DNA of 63,060 nucleotides, the filler included, from Bigelowiella natans CCMP2755 (lineage: Eukaryota > Protista > Cercozoa): the NCBI GenBank assembly GCA_000320545.1. It is 8 parts of 8 records of this genome, joined end to end, with 100 filler letters (N's around TTAATTAATTAA, not from the genome) between each part and the next. Parts side by side here need not be neighbours in the genome. Positions count along the whole stretch, not along the records: positions 27,147 to 39,936 come from ADNK01001444.1; positions 40,037 to 44,477 come from ADNK01003614.1; positions 44,578 to 56,228 come from ADNK01002914.1; 5 more parts are not named here. One strand, given 5' to 3'. The translations under genes were made by a program, and so were the position numbers. Below, piece by piece: positions 38,175 through 50,916 of the stretch. The notes under the pieces are model-generated. The model saw nothing but the letters and a program-made list of their open reading frames with translations, did not search any database and was not told the DNA's origin. How positions within the stretch are numbered: position 1 is the first letter of the stretch; each line of letters starts with the position of its first letter.

Positions 38175-39936
38175 TGCCCTAGATTCGCGCGAATGTCGAC
38201 GTCGACGTCTCTTCACGTCCTGGGGAAAGGAGTAATCAGTGACTCAGAGGAAAGCTTTTGGCTGCGAAGTAGCTGCCGTACCAAGCTTGATTAACGGCAA
38301 TACTTCGAGGTGTCGTCACTCTGAGACCCTAACGGCCCCGCTTGCTGCGGCGGGTGGACGGGGTCGGGATCGTGTTGTCTTTTATTTATGAAATCTTTGT
38401 GCATCACCCACAGGGCATTTTCTACTGGTCTAATCGTCGGGAGGATTGTCGCAGGTTGGAAAATCGACGACGGCATGTCGATATATATTTTCGGAGCTGC
38501 ATGCCGATGTATGCAGGGTAATTCACGGTCATATTGTTTGGGTGGTGGTTCTCCCGAGTTTCTGGTTTGTTTTTGTTGAGAAAGAAGGCGCGATATCTGG
38601 ACAGGAATTCGATAGATGTTGTCGGTGTATATATTTTCAATATAATTGCACACGTTATTTTCCCTTGCGACTACGAGTACACACGCCGCAAAGGAAGGAA
38701 GGAAAAGGAGCAAAATCCAGCCAAGCGCGAACATTCCAAAGCAGAGGAGTTCCTAGGAGTTCCCGATATTTTCAACGATGCTCGCAAAATGATCGTATTT
38801 TAAATATACGACAAGAAGTAGGGATTATAATGGATGAAAAGGCCAAGTGTTTAAGCTTGACGACAACGTTCGGTACTGTCTTACCTCCCCGCCGTACGTG
38901 TGCTCTCGCGCTACCATTTTTCTACGTAGCGTCCTTCATCCGCTGCAACATCAGCAATGAGTGACACTCGCTCCCGCGCCTCGTCGTTCCAGCAGAGGTT
39001 TAACAATTTTACGCAATGGACGATGCAGAAACTCGGCCGGGCTGAGGTCAGAAGAGCGGCGGAGTGTGAAAAGAGAGAGAGGCGTATCTTTTTTGAATTG
39101 AAAATTTAGTTAAGACGGTGCTTGAATAGGAGACGAAATTGGACCCGGAATTCGAAAACAGAGTGGCTAAGGTGACTTTGCATACACGCGGTTCGTATCG
39201 TTGGCTAAAAGAAATCCAAGCTACAAAGAGAATTATCTCATGCGCTTTGTACTTACACCAATTACATCGATGAATAGTTTCGTGCTACAAAGAAGGAGCT
39301 GGTTGCCTTATTGAAAGCCGCGGTAATCATTTCCCCTCCCCCGTTTCATCACAAGACATATATCTGACAAAACGTCCCCCCTTCTTTCCTTCCAGTCGTC
39401 TTTTCACACGGCGAAGATGAAGTTACAAAAGGCTAACGAGGTAGTCTGTTCCTGAGCACAACGAAAACCCGCAAGTGCTGCCCCCACCTAGGTGCTGTTG
39501 GCTGTAAAGTAAGTCATTCTCACAATCTACAGGGTTTCCACGATGCCCTAGCTATGACTGGATCTCATGCGAAAGCAAGCCCTGAGGTTATCCCTGTTAG
39601 TAAAATGAGGGGATAGAGGCGGGAGGGAGTCGAGTTGCTTGCTGCCGCGACGACGATGACGACGATCAGAGTTCTTATTAGGATAGCGATGATTATTGTA
39701 CTGTAATGTTGAAGAAGTACGAAGCATAGTGCATGTTGCCAGACCTTAGTCCTGCTTTCATCTCTTCCAATTTGAAGGCCGTCTCAGCGACACAGTCATA
39801 TGTGACGGCGGGCAGGGCTTTAGACAGCGAGGAGGCCAAATTCAACGACGCGTACAAGAGTAATTTTCCACTTCCTTGTAGCAGCAGCAGGGGGGGGAGG
39901 GGGGGGGGAGGAGGAGACGGTCATTCATCCACATTA

Positions 39937-40036
39937 NNNNNNNNNNNNNNNNNNNNNNNNNNNNNNNNNNNNNNNNNNNNTTAATTAATTAANNNNNNNN
40001 NNNNNNNNNNNNNNNNNNNNNNNNNNNNNNNNNNNN
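39937..40036. other. Artificial contig linker
   Basis: N44-TTAATTAATTAA-N44. Confidence 0.99.
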
Positions 40037-40796
40037 CTCCTGTACCTCTCGCGATCTATAGGAATGGAAAGGGGGAGGGGGGTTGCAGAGGAGGTAGAAG
40101 AAACAACACATATTTAGACATGTAGACGCGGGGAATATTCCGCTGGCTTTTACATGAGTTCTTTTATTGATATACAAACGATTAAGATATATCGAAATTC
40201 TTCATTGTGTTGCTACCTTCCGGAGACGGCGGAAATATATCTCATGATTAGTTTCGATGTCTCTGTCTTTCCTGCTCCACTCTCCCCACTGATGATCACG
40301 CACTGGTTCTCTTGCTTGTTTATCATCTAATGGGGGAAGAGGAAGAAGAGAAAGAGAATGGTCACCGTCATCATTCGACTTCATTATTGTTATCATTATC
40401 ATCATCATCATCATCATCATCATCATTTTCCTCCTCCTCCTCATCATCATCATCGTTATCGTCATCTTCCGACTTGATTGTACGTGTCGTCCGCGAGAGC
40501 GAACACGTGCGGCGGTAACTCGTAAAACTTCTTTCCTCGGTATTCCCTGTGACATCCGAATCAACCGAAGGGGGGGGGGATGGGGAGGGAGGGATTGGGT
40601 GGAATTCAATGAGATCTCATGAGCTCCAGTAGACCAAACATGTTTCTATTGAAAGCCACCACAGATATGATAGCGAGTGCCTTCAATGGAAGCTAAATAT
40701 ACCGTATTTTTCCTTCGGTGTACGCGCCGCGGATCATCTTGAACGGGTTAACAGCTATTAACACAGGGCCGATGTACGTCTGCATAGATGATGCAA

Positions 40797-40866
<70 letters not shown>

Positions 40867-41272
40867 AGAATGAAGAATGTAATTGCTTGAGAAGAGGTTT
40901 TCGGATTTGAAGCCATTTAGGTAAGCCTATCGCACTGTCGCAAGTCGTGAAGCATTCATCCTTCTCGTGTGCAATACTCTTAAAAATCCGCCATCTATCT
41001 TTCTCGAATAACTTACGTAAATTTCGTCTTGCTGGTAGCGGTTATTGAGGCATTTGATGATATTTTCCTGAAGGATGTGCGAGGTGGGGTGAAAGGGGCG
41101 TTGGTGGTGATCACAGGCGACGGAATGTCGCAAGAGTTACCTCAGAGATTCGATCAAGCATCACTAAGTCATCCAGGGCATTACGATTGCCCAACTTGCG
41201 AGCCTGCGGTGTACACCGAATTAATGAAAACCGTGCGACGCATCACATGAGGATACTGAGCAGTCGCACCAT
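40037..41272 (-). CDS. Myosin motor domain, 5' part (class I-like)
   Basis: [12 protein letters not shown]|[17 protein letters not shown]|[14 protein letters not shown]..|[32 protein letters not shown](S)[20 protein letters not shown]. There is a 2-nt gap in the P-loop. No N-terminal extension. Confidence 0.93.
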
Positions 41273-42171
41273 CGTTGGGTCGTTATAGGTCCTGCTTCAC
41301 GCGCTTGCTATAAGGCTACAAAATAACGGGATCAATAAAAAATGGTACACGATGAACACACGTGTCGAAGGTTGGCTACTTCCACAGCATGAAAATAACA
41401 ATTAGCCTCGTTGGGACACCTCGTGTATATATACGAAGAAGCTTTTCTGTCCGTCGGTGACGGAGGAAAGCAGACACAAAATTCGCAGCAGCCGCACGCG
41501 TGTGTGGTAGCTGAGCTGGCTCTAGCAGTTCTAGTCTTCAAATGCAGGCGGTTTTAGCCTCTAGCCAGCTGCTGCACAGCTCGTTTGTTGCAGTAAGGGG
41601 AGGGGCACTACCTTCCTACAATTGGTCTACCCGAAATTCAAAGAGTGGGACGGACGTAAAGATGGGAATTTATCCACAGCGACAACATTTTATTGCATGT
41701 CGGATATGTAAAATCACCGATGTTTTTCTGCAAAATCGCGACGTTGTTTTTTCTCTCCCGAAATGCAAACACTCGTTAGCGCTTTCCGGCCTGAGATGCA
41801 TATCTAGTGATGTCGCAGTAGCAACATAAATGCCGTTCAAGGAAGTAAGGAAAATGTTGGGGCACGATCCATCAGAGCCAGAAACAGTTTCCTACGTCAA
41901 CGCTTTCACGCTGTCGCATCCGTAGAATTCCCAAGGCCTTGATTTTCGTGAGTGCACGTGGCAAAAATATCAGCGGGCACTGACGGGCATTTGATACTCG
42001 TACATGTACGACTTTTCGCAAAGAATCCCGGATAGTAACGGATGCACTTTCGTGACGATGAATTTTGAGGAGCATCGTCCAGGGAGCGGAGCCTGGTGTT
42101 CGAGTGATGGACGCTTCTTTTGCGGAGACTACACCTGGTGTGGATCCTGATGGATCTACTTGTTCCCCGGC

Positions 42172-44019
42172 ATGAGGCGAGGAATAGGGCTCGCAGCAAG
42201 TGGAAGCTACAGGACTCGTCGTCACGTGGGACTGCTCGTCGCCGTCCACATTCTGACGCTTCTTCTATGTCTCTCACATCCCAAACTGAGGCTGCGACTG
42301 GGCTTAGAGCAGCAAGTAACTTCGACAAAAAAACGTCCGCGCCGTGGTGCGAACGACGATTCCTCACGCGTTTCTCCGAGCAGAATCGACGAGCTATGGC
42401 TGGCATCGAGCATTCCGCGCGTGAACAAGACGTTACATCCACCCGGTTCTGCCGCTGAACTTGAAAAGATTGTAGGTAAGCGTCTTCCATGTCTTTTCCC
42501 CGCAGAAGAAATCGTAAAAGCAGGAGGGGGGTGTGGAGGAGATGCATCGCCCCCCCCCCCCCCCTCATCATTGCCATCACGCTGGTCTCGCCTGCTGTCT
42601 TCCTGCGCAAACTATTCGTGGCTTGCATCACGGGCGGTGCCTACCGATGTAAGGATTCCTGTTCTAGTCACCAATAGGTCCCGGCAATTAATGGGAGCGA
42701 GGGCAGGGACAAACATAGGGGACATTGCAGGCCAGGCAGCGTCCTCGCCGTCCTCCTCGTCGTCATCGTCGTCGTCGTCGATGTCTTGGGCGGGGTTCTT
42801 CAACGGATCCGAGGAGGAAAGGCAGGAGGCAACGATACCCTTCCAGGGCATCTGCGAGTTCGCCCTTGCGCGCGAGGCTGGAGAGCGGCACTTCATGGAG
42901 GACACCGGCCTGCAGCTCTACCTCTCGCAATGCCCGGTGCTCACCGGGGCCACGTGCGAGCGGCGGGGGTGGGAGAAAACACGCGGCATTCGCGGGATCT
43001 TGAATAATACCGGCAAGGACCTCCCAGACTACATTGAAGCCGAGAGGCTTTGCTCCGTGAATTTGTGGCTCGGTAGTTATTCCTTCGAGGGATCGCTGTG
43101 AGCTGCAGAGATGTGCCGTTACGATTCTGACTATTGCCCTGTTTTGTGTTGCTACGACAGGGATTCGACCCACAGTAGCGAGCATGCACTATGACTCCCA
43201 CGATAACATGTGCGTAGATTCTAATATCGTTTCATCACTGCTGCATATGCACAGCCTCTCCACTCATCCCTTACACTAAATCCATCGATAGTTTGTTTGT
43301 CGCTCGCGGACTGAAGATTGCTATCCTCCTCCCCCCCTCGCCATCGACTTCGAGAGCTCTCAGGTGACGACGCAGATAACACCATCCCTAGAGGAGAGGA
43401 TCGATCGTAACCAGCCTCTTTCGCTCATGTATGGACTCCCTTGAATGGTCTTCGCTGCTATGTCATTTAGCCCCCGGTCGATCGTGTCGCGCACGCCGAA
43501 TGACAGCCCGAAATCACCCAGAGAGATCTTAAAAATCGCCGAGAGGCTCGCCGCTGGCGCTAAGGGAGGAAGCAGGGTCACACCAATGCTGGCCGTTGTG
43601 GTAAAACTGTCGCGACAAATAGCAAAACTTATTAGAGCTCACACAATAGAGCATTCGTTCGTTAACGTGCACGCGCCTCCATGCGGTAAGGAATGGAGAA
43701 GCGCTCTCTGAGTTGCCGTCGTCTGCCTTAGTCTTCACCCCCATTCTTTTCCTCCTCTTCAAGCTCTGTGGTTTGTGGATTCTCGCGTGCTCATCGACGT
43801 AAAAATAAATACACTCAGAGTCCCGGCGAAGGATTGTTCATTCCTGAGGGCTGGTGGCACCAAGTATGGCGTTGTCACCCGAAGAAGAAGATGATGAGGA
43901 AGATCAGGATGATGATGATGAAAAGCTGTGACATGATGCACTTACTCACTTTTGTTTCTTGGATTTAGTGCAATACTCCGAAGTCTGTGTACTTTTTTTC
44001 ATAACATCGATCGGAGCAA

Positions 44020-44056
<37 letters not shown>

Positions 44057-44477
44057 CATATCGATAAGGTCATTTCCGCCCCGCTAACCACCGGCCTCAA
44101 CGTGTTCTTCTACGGACGTCTCCTGCCCTCCCACGACGCCCTCCTCCGCGAGCAGGAGCTGTTTGACCTGTCCTACCCCTTGCGCTCCATCCTCACCCGC
44201 CTTGCACCCCGCCTCGCACGCCGCGCTTTCCGACAACAGTTCGGTCCTGTGAAGGGGGGGGTATCGAAGGATGCGGGGAGCGATGATATGAGTACGTCTG
44301 GGAGATGCTCCGAGGTCAGGACTCGCTTGAACCTCAGTGTAGAGGAGGTGCACCGGCGCATCGTTTCTCTGTCGGCGCCCAGCTTGTCGCGGCTAGCTCG
44401 AGCGTGCGATGTAGGGGTGTGGAGAGCAGCCCTGGCTGACATCCCGCCTGAAGCTGCATTTGCGGTCGTTACACGAT
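42172..44477 (+). CDS. JmjC/cupin-8 2OG-Fe(II) oxygenase (3'-truncated)
   Basis: LQLYLSQCPV, SVNLWLG|IRPTVASMHYDSHDN, PGEGLFIPEGWWHQV, with the HxD...H triad intact. Hydrophobic-plus-basic N-terminal leader. Confidence 0.85.
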
Positions 44478-44577
44478 NNNNNNNNNNNNNNNNNNNNNNN
44501 NNNNNNNNNNNNNNNNNNNNNTTAATTAATTAANNNNNNNNNNNNNNNNNNNNNNNNNNNNNNNNNNNNNNNNNNNN
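44478..44577. other. Artificial contig linker
   Basis: N44-TTAATTAATTAA-N44. Confidence 0.99.
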
Positions 44578-44859
44578 CTTGCTCTTCTTCGTTTGCCTGG
44601 ACCTGCCACTCTGCAGGTGTGTTGCGTTTTATTCTCTCCGCCGGGGAGGCGTTCCTCACACTGATAACCGATGCTGGTGCTTCGATTTAGGCTTCAGTTC
44701 GCCTCCGACGTGGGCAAGATGAAAGGGCTTAAAAACGAAAGTGAATAGCACATCACACAGATATAGAAGAATACCGACAAGTATCATCGTTTCGATCGAG
44801 CCAATACTGACCCGGAATTTCCCATCGCCCATCCCCCCCCCCACTCCCCCAAACAAAGT

Positions 44860-45595
44860 CAATCTGGGTCTCAATGGCACAGATGTGAGCGGTTGCGTCC
44901 AGCTCATGGACATGCCTTTTCCGAAAAAGGGGTAATAAGCAACGCAGACGCACATGCGTCCAGCCAAACGAAGCCGTGATGTCTGTGTGTTTTACGCTCG
45001 TGACGTGTGCGGCGACAAGATACACATAATATAATGGTTTCAGTGTCAGCTTGTTCCCCACTTCTCTCCCTCCACCTCACCAAAGCTGCACTGCGCGCAT
45101 CTTCCTTTTCTTCTTCGCCATCCCTGAGGCTCACACGCTGCTACATGCACACAGAGACTCCGGGTACTCTGAGCTTTGCGAGACCTTCTGCGCTAATGTA
45201 AGTCATTTCTTCACGACGTTGTTGTTGTGAACGGGGAGGAGAAAAAGGAGGAGGAGGAGGGCGACGAATCCATCACTCAGTTATTCACATACTGTGCGTG
45301 CGTGTGTAAAAGGTATCGACTTTAAGCACGGAAAGAAAAGCGGCCCTCGATTCGTCTCACTTATATCATCCTGCAGCCTTTGCGTAAGATTATACATGTT
45401 GTTGCATGAATTGTTGTCACATGTGTTTCTTGTTGTGCGTGATTTTCCCTCCCCCCCCCCCGCCTCTCTCTTTGTTCTAATCCATTGCTCTGTTCTGTTT
45501 GCCATCATTCGTTTCCAGCTTCCTCAAGTTGTACGAGATGATTGGCGGCATCGAGAAAGAGGTTCTACGAAACTGCTCTTGCTGTTACTCGCAAT

Positions 45596-45632
<37 letters not shown>

Positions 45633-45890
45633 AGTATTAAACTATTATTAAACATGTCGTTGTGTTGCTATTATCCATCGCTACTACTCTTACTGCTGCT
45701 GCTACTACTACTATCATCAGCCCACCCCAACGTGCTATGGCCACTTCCAAACAGTGGACGAGAGCGACTACACGGCCGACCTAAGTTCCGCAGTGGGCAC
45801 CTTGGTAGTTATTAGTGAATACCACCATGAGAACAACTTACACTGCTACAGCGAGAGCGACGGCGCTGAGGATCGACTATCGATATATTC

Positions 45891-45968
<78 letters not shown>

Positions 45969-46308
45969 TGTATAGCTAGTGCTGCCTGCGTTTCTTCCAC
46001 ACCAGGCACTTACCGCGGCACCACTCTAATCATCATACAATAACAAGGCAATGATTCTCGGCTTCCTCAACTTTGCCGCCTCTGATGATAACAAGGGCCT
46101 GAAGATGCTGTCGATAATTGGTACGAGATAATGATGCTAGTGATGAACGGGAGAGGAGGAGGAGGAAAGAACAAACGAAAGACAGAAAGCAACAACAACA
46201 AGATATATCCCAGAAATAAAAGATTCACAGCAAGCACGACACCACAATTCATTAGTACCATCGTCATCAATGTACGATCGCCACAACAACTGCAAATGTC
46301 TCTTTCTT

Positions 46309-46340
<32 letters not shown>

Positions 46341-46722
46341 CCTCTCTCTCTCTCTTCTCTTTCCCCCCTCTAAAGTGCTATATGTTTGATATCTGCACAG
46401 GCAGCGGAGCAGTAGCAGCATGCCTGGGAGCTTTCTTCTACGTTAGCAACGGTGAACGAATTATTTAATTTATTCCTAGTTGGCGCGTTGTCGCCATATA
46501 TCTGTTGTTTCGATCGTCCACACTCCCTCCCCCCTCCCCCCTCCTAGTAAAGGAGTCTCCGTCTGTCAAAAAAATCGTTTTTTTTTTAATTTTATAAATG
46601 CTAATTCGTCACGCGTATTACCATTCAGATTTGATCGAAGCTACGTCCCGTATGAGCTGGTATATGGTGCCTCCACTCATGCTAGGCTACCTCGGATTTG
46701 CCAGCAAGATACTTGATGTCTA
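44860..46722 (+). CDS. 3' part of hypothetical membrane protein
   Basis: Short exons: FLKLYEMIGGIEKE|PTPTCYGHFQTVDESDY..|LVLPAFLPHQ|GLKMLSIIG|SGAVAACLGAFFY.. then WYMVPPLMLGYLGFASKILDV*. Confidence 0.5.
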
Positions 46723-47521
46723 AGCTCAGAATTTGCATGTTACTTCAAAGTTTTCGCTCTTCAAAATATTTATGTTTTTGGTGCCCTTCTTCATCATCTT
46801 CATCTTCTTCTTCTTCTTCGGCATACCTTCGCAAATAACCATGACGTAGTCAAACCTATTTTTTGTACATGCGCAAGTAAGTAGTAGCTGTGTGTAGCCA
46901 CATTCAGGATCCCGTCCGTACGTTGTACGTTGTCAGCGAAGACAATTGGTGTGAATAGAATACAAGGTGTCGGTGTATTCAAATTATGCACACATGTGTA
47001 ACTACGAACTGATTGATGCAAGAGCTTATACAAGCTCCATGTAAAATAATAACAAAAAATGCGAATCAAATACTAGAAAAAGGCAGCATAAATGATGTCG
47101 TCTACAGAGATTGCGCGCGTGCATGTCGTATTGACTGTGTTGCTAGATTGTACTGTGTGTGCGATGTCATTGTCTGTGTATATTGCTATGGCATATCCAA
47201 CAACCTGCTTTGGTGCCTCTAGTCGTCACAGCCACTGCACGCCTGCTAGCTATACAGCTGTATGTATGTGCGTATGCAGAGACTTGTCGCGTACGTGGCC
47301 ATGTGCTTGCATGCTTGCTAGCAGACACATGTGATGATACGCACGTTATGCTCACACCGTACCTAGCGTGTAGCGCATGCATGTGTACATGCACATGTGA
47401 TCTACAGATCTACTAGTCTAGCGCTGCTAGCTGTGAGCTGTGCATGGTTTGCTGCAGCAGCACTACCAACCATGTGCCACATTTCATTTCCCATCTGCCG
47501 TCAGTGGGGGAACGACACAAA

Positions 47522-48146
47522 ATGGGACACAACATTGCCGAAAACCTTCAAAACCCTTCTTTCATGGGCTGGGTAGTGGAGATGGACTTCTTAGCTCAAC
47601 TAAAAGCAGCAATGAAAACAGAACACAAAGCGCTAAGACAAAAAGGTCATCGTCTGCGACTCAAAAAATGCTCCAGTTGATTGGAAAGCCCATGCCGTCC
47701 ACGAATACAGGAACTACTGGAGATCTGAAAAAAACACATGAGGATGTGAAAGATGGCGAACAGGTTTGGGCAGTGCCGCTGGCATTATGGCACAATGGAA
47801 CAATGCAGCATTCGATGCAGTTCGCATCTACTATCGATTCAAGGGGGAGAAAATGCTTCATCTCGTTAACGTTGTTGATGCCAAGAGTCACACCTTGAAG
47901 ATGCGCTATGTTTCCGACTTGGCAAAGCAGATCGGAGCGAAACGAACATCTTTTTCCGCGGTTCGTTCGACAAAAAGAATCAACGAAAAATTCGCGTGGA
48001 TAAGAATTGTTCCAGGAAAGATGCACAAGTTCCGCATTGGAGAGACCTCCCACTTCTGGCCGGAAAACGACGACGTGAAAATCCATGCATTGCGACGTGT
48101 TCTATTTCGAGAGAACTTCCCCTCAATAGCCTTGCAAAGACGATAG
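47522..48146 (+). pseudogene. Crinkler (CRN)-like PD-(D/E)xK nuclease C-terminal remnant
   Basis: Three frames carry NPSFMGWVVEMDFLAQL, QVWAVPL, and QWNNAAFDAVRI...LVNVVDAKSHTLKMRYVSDLA, which resemble CRN effector REase motifs. Frameshifted, with no N-terminus. Confidence 0.6.
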
Positions 48147-48507
48147 TGACGGGCAACAGTGTATGTGATGATGATTTTTTGCTATGTCAGTTTTAACAAA
48201 GATTGTTTTCACAAAACACATGGGATGTGCCTGCTGTGATTTTCATCATGCATGTCATTCTAGCAATTCAGTTCTTTCGCTAGACTACATTAGGATGACT
48301 ATTGAAAAGATTTAATCACTTCATTATACATCCATTTCGCATACTTGATATAATCGTGGTAGAAACACACATGCAGCAAAACAAGTGCCAATTTAAGCGC
48401 TGTGGAGCCTCGGCTTTTGCACAGCTACATTAGAATGTCAATTGAACAAATTAACTTGTTCAACACATCCATCTCATATATTGACACATAATAGACACAG
48501 CAATATG

Positions 48508-48552
<45 letters not shown>

Positions 48553-48851
48553 ACATATTGCATGTCTCTATCGTACACACGTAGTAGCTGCACGCAAGCT
48601 AGTATTATATACTGCTTTGTGCCTGAAGTTAGATCAAGTCAACGACTACGCGCATCCATTATAGCACATTGCAGCTAGCACACACTACACTGTACACTCA
48701 ACAAGCCGGTTAGGGGCATGTATGCATCATAAACTAACTGCGATGATAAAGTTGGCTAATTTAGCTGGGCGCAACGACATGACCAAGATCCATGATTCAT
48801 GTAGGATGAACCCGATTGAAAGTTAATTTCTATTCTTTTCCCGGCTTAACA

Positions 48852-48894
<43 letters not shown>

Positions 48895-49440
48895 CGTAGC
48901 TTGGGGAACTACCTGTTGACAGCATCTAACCCAATCGGGCGCTTATACGAATAGTCTAGGTAGTCGCTTCCGACACTGGTAAAGTCCTTCGTGATTGGAG
49001 GAGCTTCCACTTGGAGATCCTGCTGCAAGATTCTAGGAGAAGAGAATATCAAGAAAGTATATGTCAGCACCAACGGCACGTAGTTGCCTGTATTTCTTTG
49101 TTAAGCGCAACTTTAGTCGCCCAACTACTTCCATTTTATACTACCTCGTGAGCACACGACCGAGAGACCAGATGAAGGCAATCCATACGTATACCCTCAG
49201 CGATTCGCAGAGGGTGGATAGAGGTGTTAGTGATAGAGGCCTCCTCTTCGGAGCAGTATGCTTGGAGGACAACGGTGCTGTTGAAATTGGGGGTAAATTT
49301 ATATGTAAGACTAACATTTGTCGCATGTTATTAAGCTGGGGGATACATGGATGCTTAACTCGAAAGAAAGAGAACACGATTATAAAAAAAAAAAAACCTC
49401 CACATCAGCTCCACTATCGTTGCCGTTGTGCAGACGCTTC

Positions 49441-49590
49441 CCCACATAGCCTCAATCTGAAATGGGGAACGGAAAAGATGCTATTTTATGTGCCATGTAT
49501 TATATGTGGTGTGTGTCTCCCCACATAGCTTCAATCTGAAATGGGGAACGGAAAAGATGCTATTTTTTGATGTACCATGTATAATACGTG

Positions 49591-49597
<7 letters not shown>
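49441..49597. repeat. 79-bp tandem duplication followed by (TG)n
   Basis: CCCACATAGCYTCAATCTGAAATGGGGAACGGAAAAGATGCTATTTT... at 49441 and 49520. Confidence 0.9.
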
Positions 49598-49661
<64 letters not shown>

Positions 49662-49699
49662 TTATTCTGAATATCTCCTTCCTTTTATATATAAATATT

Positions 49700-50453
49700 T
49701 TAACTAATTACTCTGGACGGATGCATTCTTAGCGTGGAAGACGCGATGGAGAGTACGTCACTGGTAAGCTTTTGGTTTATTGTGAGGAGAAAGATCATCG
49801 TATGCCCGAGGGAAGAGAACAGAATGAACAGGAAGGGTTTCTGAATCATCTGACATATAGAAAAACACAACTTCTGTAAGATTGCACAGTAGGTATGAAG
49901 GATTGGGACAACCATATTATTTTGCCTGTTTCGAGTTTAAATGCGAATTATTACCATGGAGTTGCACACTCCTTTCCTTCCATTAAGAGCAAGAGGTACA
50001 AGATCGCATTGCGAGTAGAACTCGTGGGCCATTCCCAGCGTTAGAAATCCAAAGCACGCCATAGTGAATATCATCATAAGATTTATCTCCCTATATCGCC
50101 TGATTGTTGATTTCGCGTTAGTTGTTGGAGAGAATTTGATTTCTACACACTGACTAATAATAAATCACCGAGAAAGTGCTGTCCAAAATCCAATGATCTT
50201 ATTTTGCTCTTTCTCCAGCACAAGCATCGACTTATCGACGACCTGTTGAAGGAATGTGAATTAATTGTAATTTGCAGCCAATGAAAGGAATTCATCCTTT
50301 CAAAAATCAATCTTATCCAAAAACAAACTCTTCATGCCATTTACTAATTAAAAGTCTGCCAATGTTGTTTTATCCGCCTCGTATCCTTGGTGGAGGGGAG
50401 GAGCTGCATGTGCCTACCATGTCGTCCGCAGGGGACAACTCCATTTTCATTTT
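49700..50453 (-). CDS. Small hypothetical membrane protein (spliced)
   Basis: MKMELSPADDM|VVDKSMLVLEKEQNKIIGFWTALSR|RYREINLMMIFTMACFGFLTLGMAHEF..|MIQKPFLFILFSSLGHTMIFLL. Confidence 0.45.
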
Positions 50454-50916
50454 GAAAATGGTGTTTCAGATGAACGACTACTAATTCATTATGTCGCAAT
50501 CAATAATACGACTTACAGTTCGCCTTTGGTAGGTTGATTATCCAGATCATATCTGCCCGTTTTTCACGAATCCTGAATGGAAATCAAACACCATTGTACA
50601 GATACGACATGACATTCCGAATACTCATGAAAATTTTATCCTACACCAGATGGATCGTTCTGGGACGGAAAACTGAATGATTGGCGTTACGACTCGTACA
50701 ACCTGTATGGACAGATGCATGATTTGAGACAATTTTGTGTCGCAGGGTATAAACGCACTGTGATCGAAGTTGCTGAGGTGCGTCGCTAATTCATGTGCTG
50801 CGACTTGACCTATTTCAAGCATTATGCTTTAAGATGATCATCAGTTGCAGTTTCGGTCGGCTCAGAAGGATTTGCGGCTGACTCGAGCACGCTTCGGAGT
50901 GTGCAAGCAGAAACCA

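Noticed and set aside
40270-40295. Myosin P-loop frameshift as pseudogenisation
   Set aside because: A 2-nt loss in GAGAGT near a contig end with otherwise perfect conservation; probably a sequencing error.
49150-49295. Hairpin-rich segment resembling U3 snoRNA or a hammerhead
   Set aside because: Local stems exist (CCCTCAGCGATTCGCAGAGGG), but there is no proper box C/D or CTGATGA/GAAA core. An Infernal search is needed.
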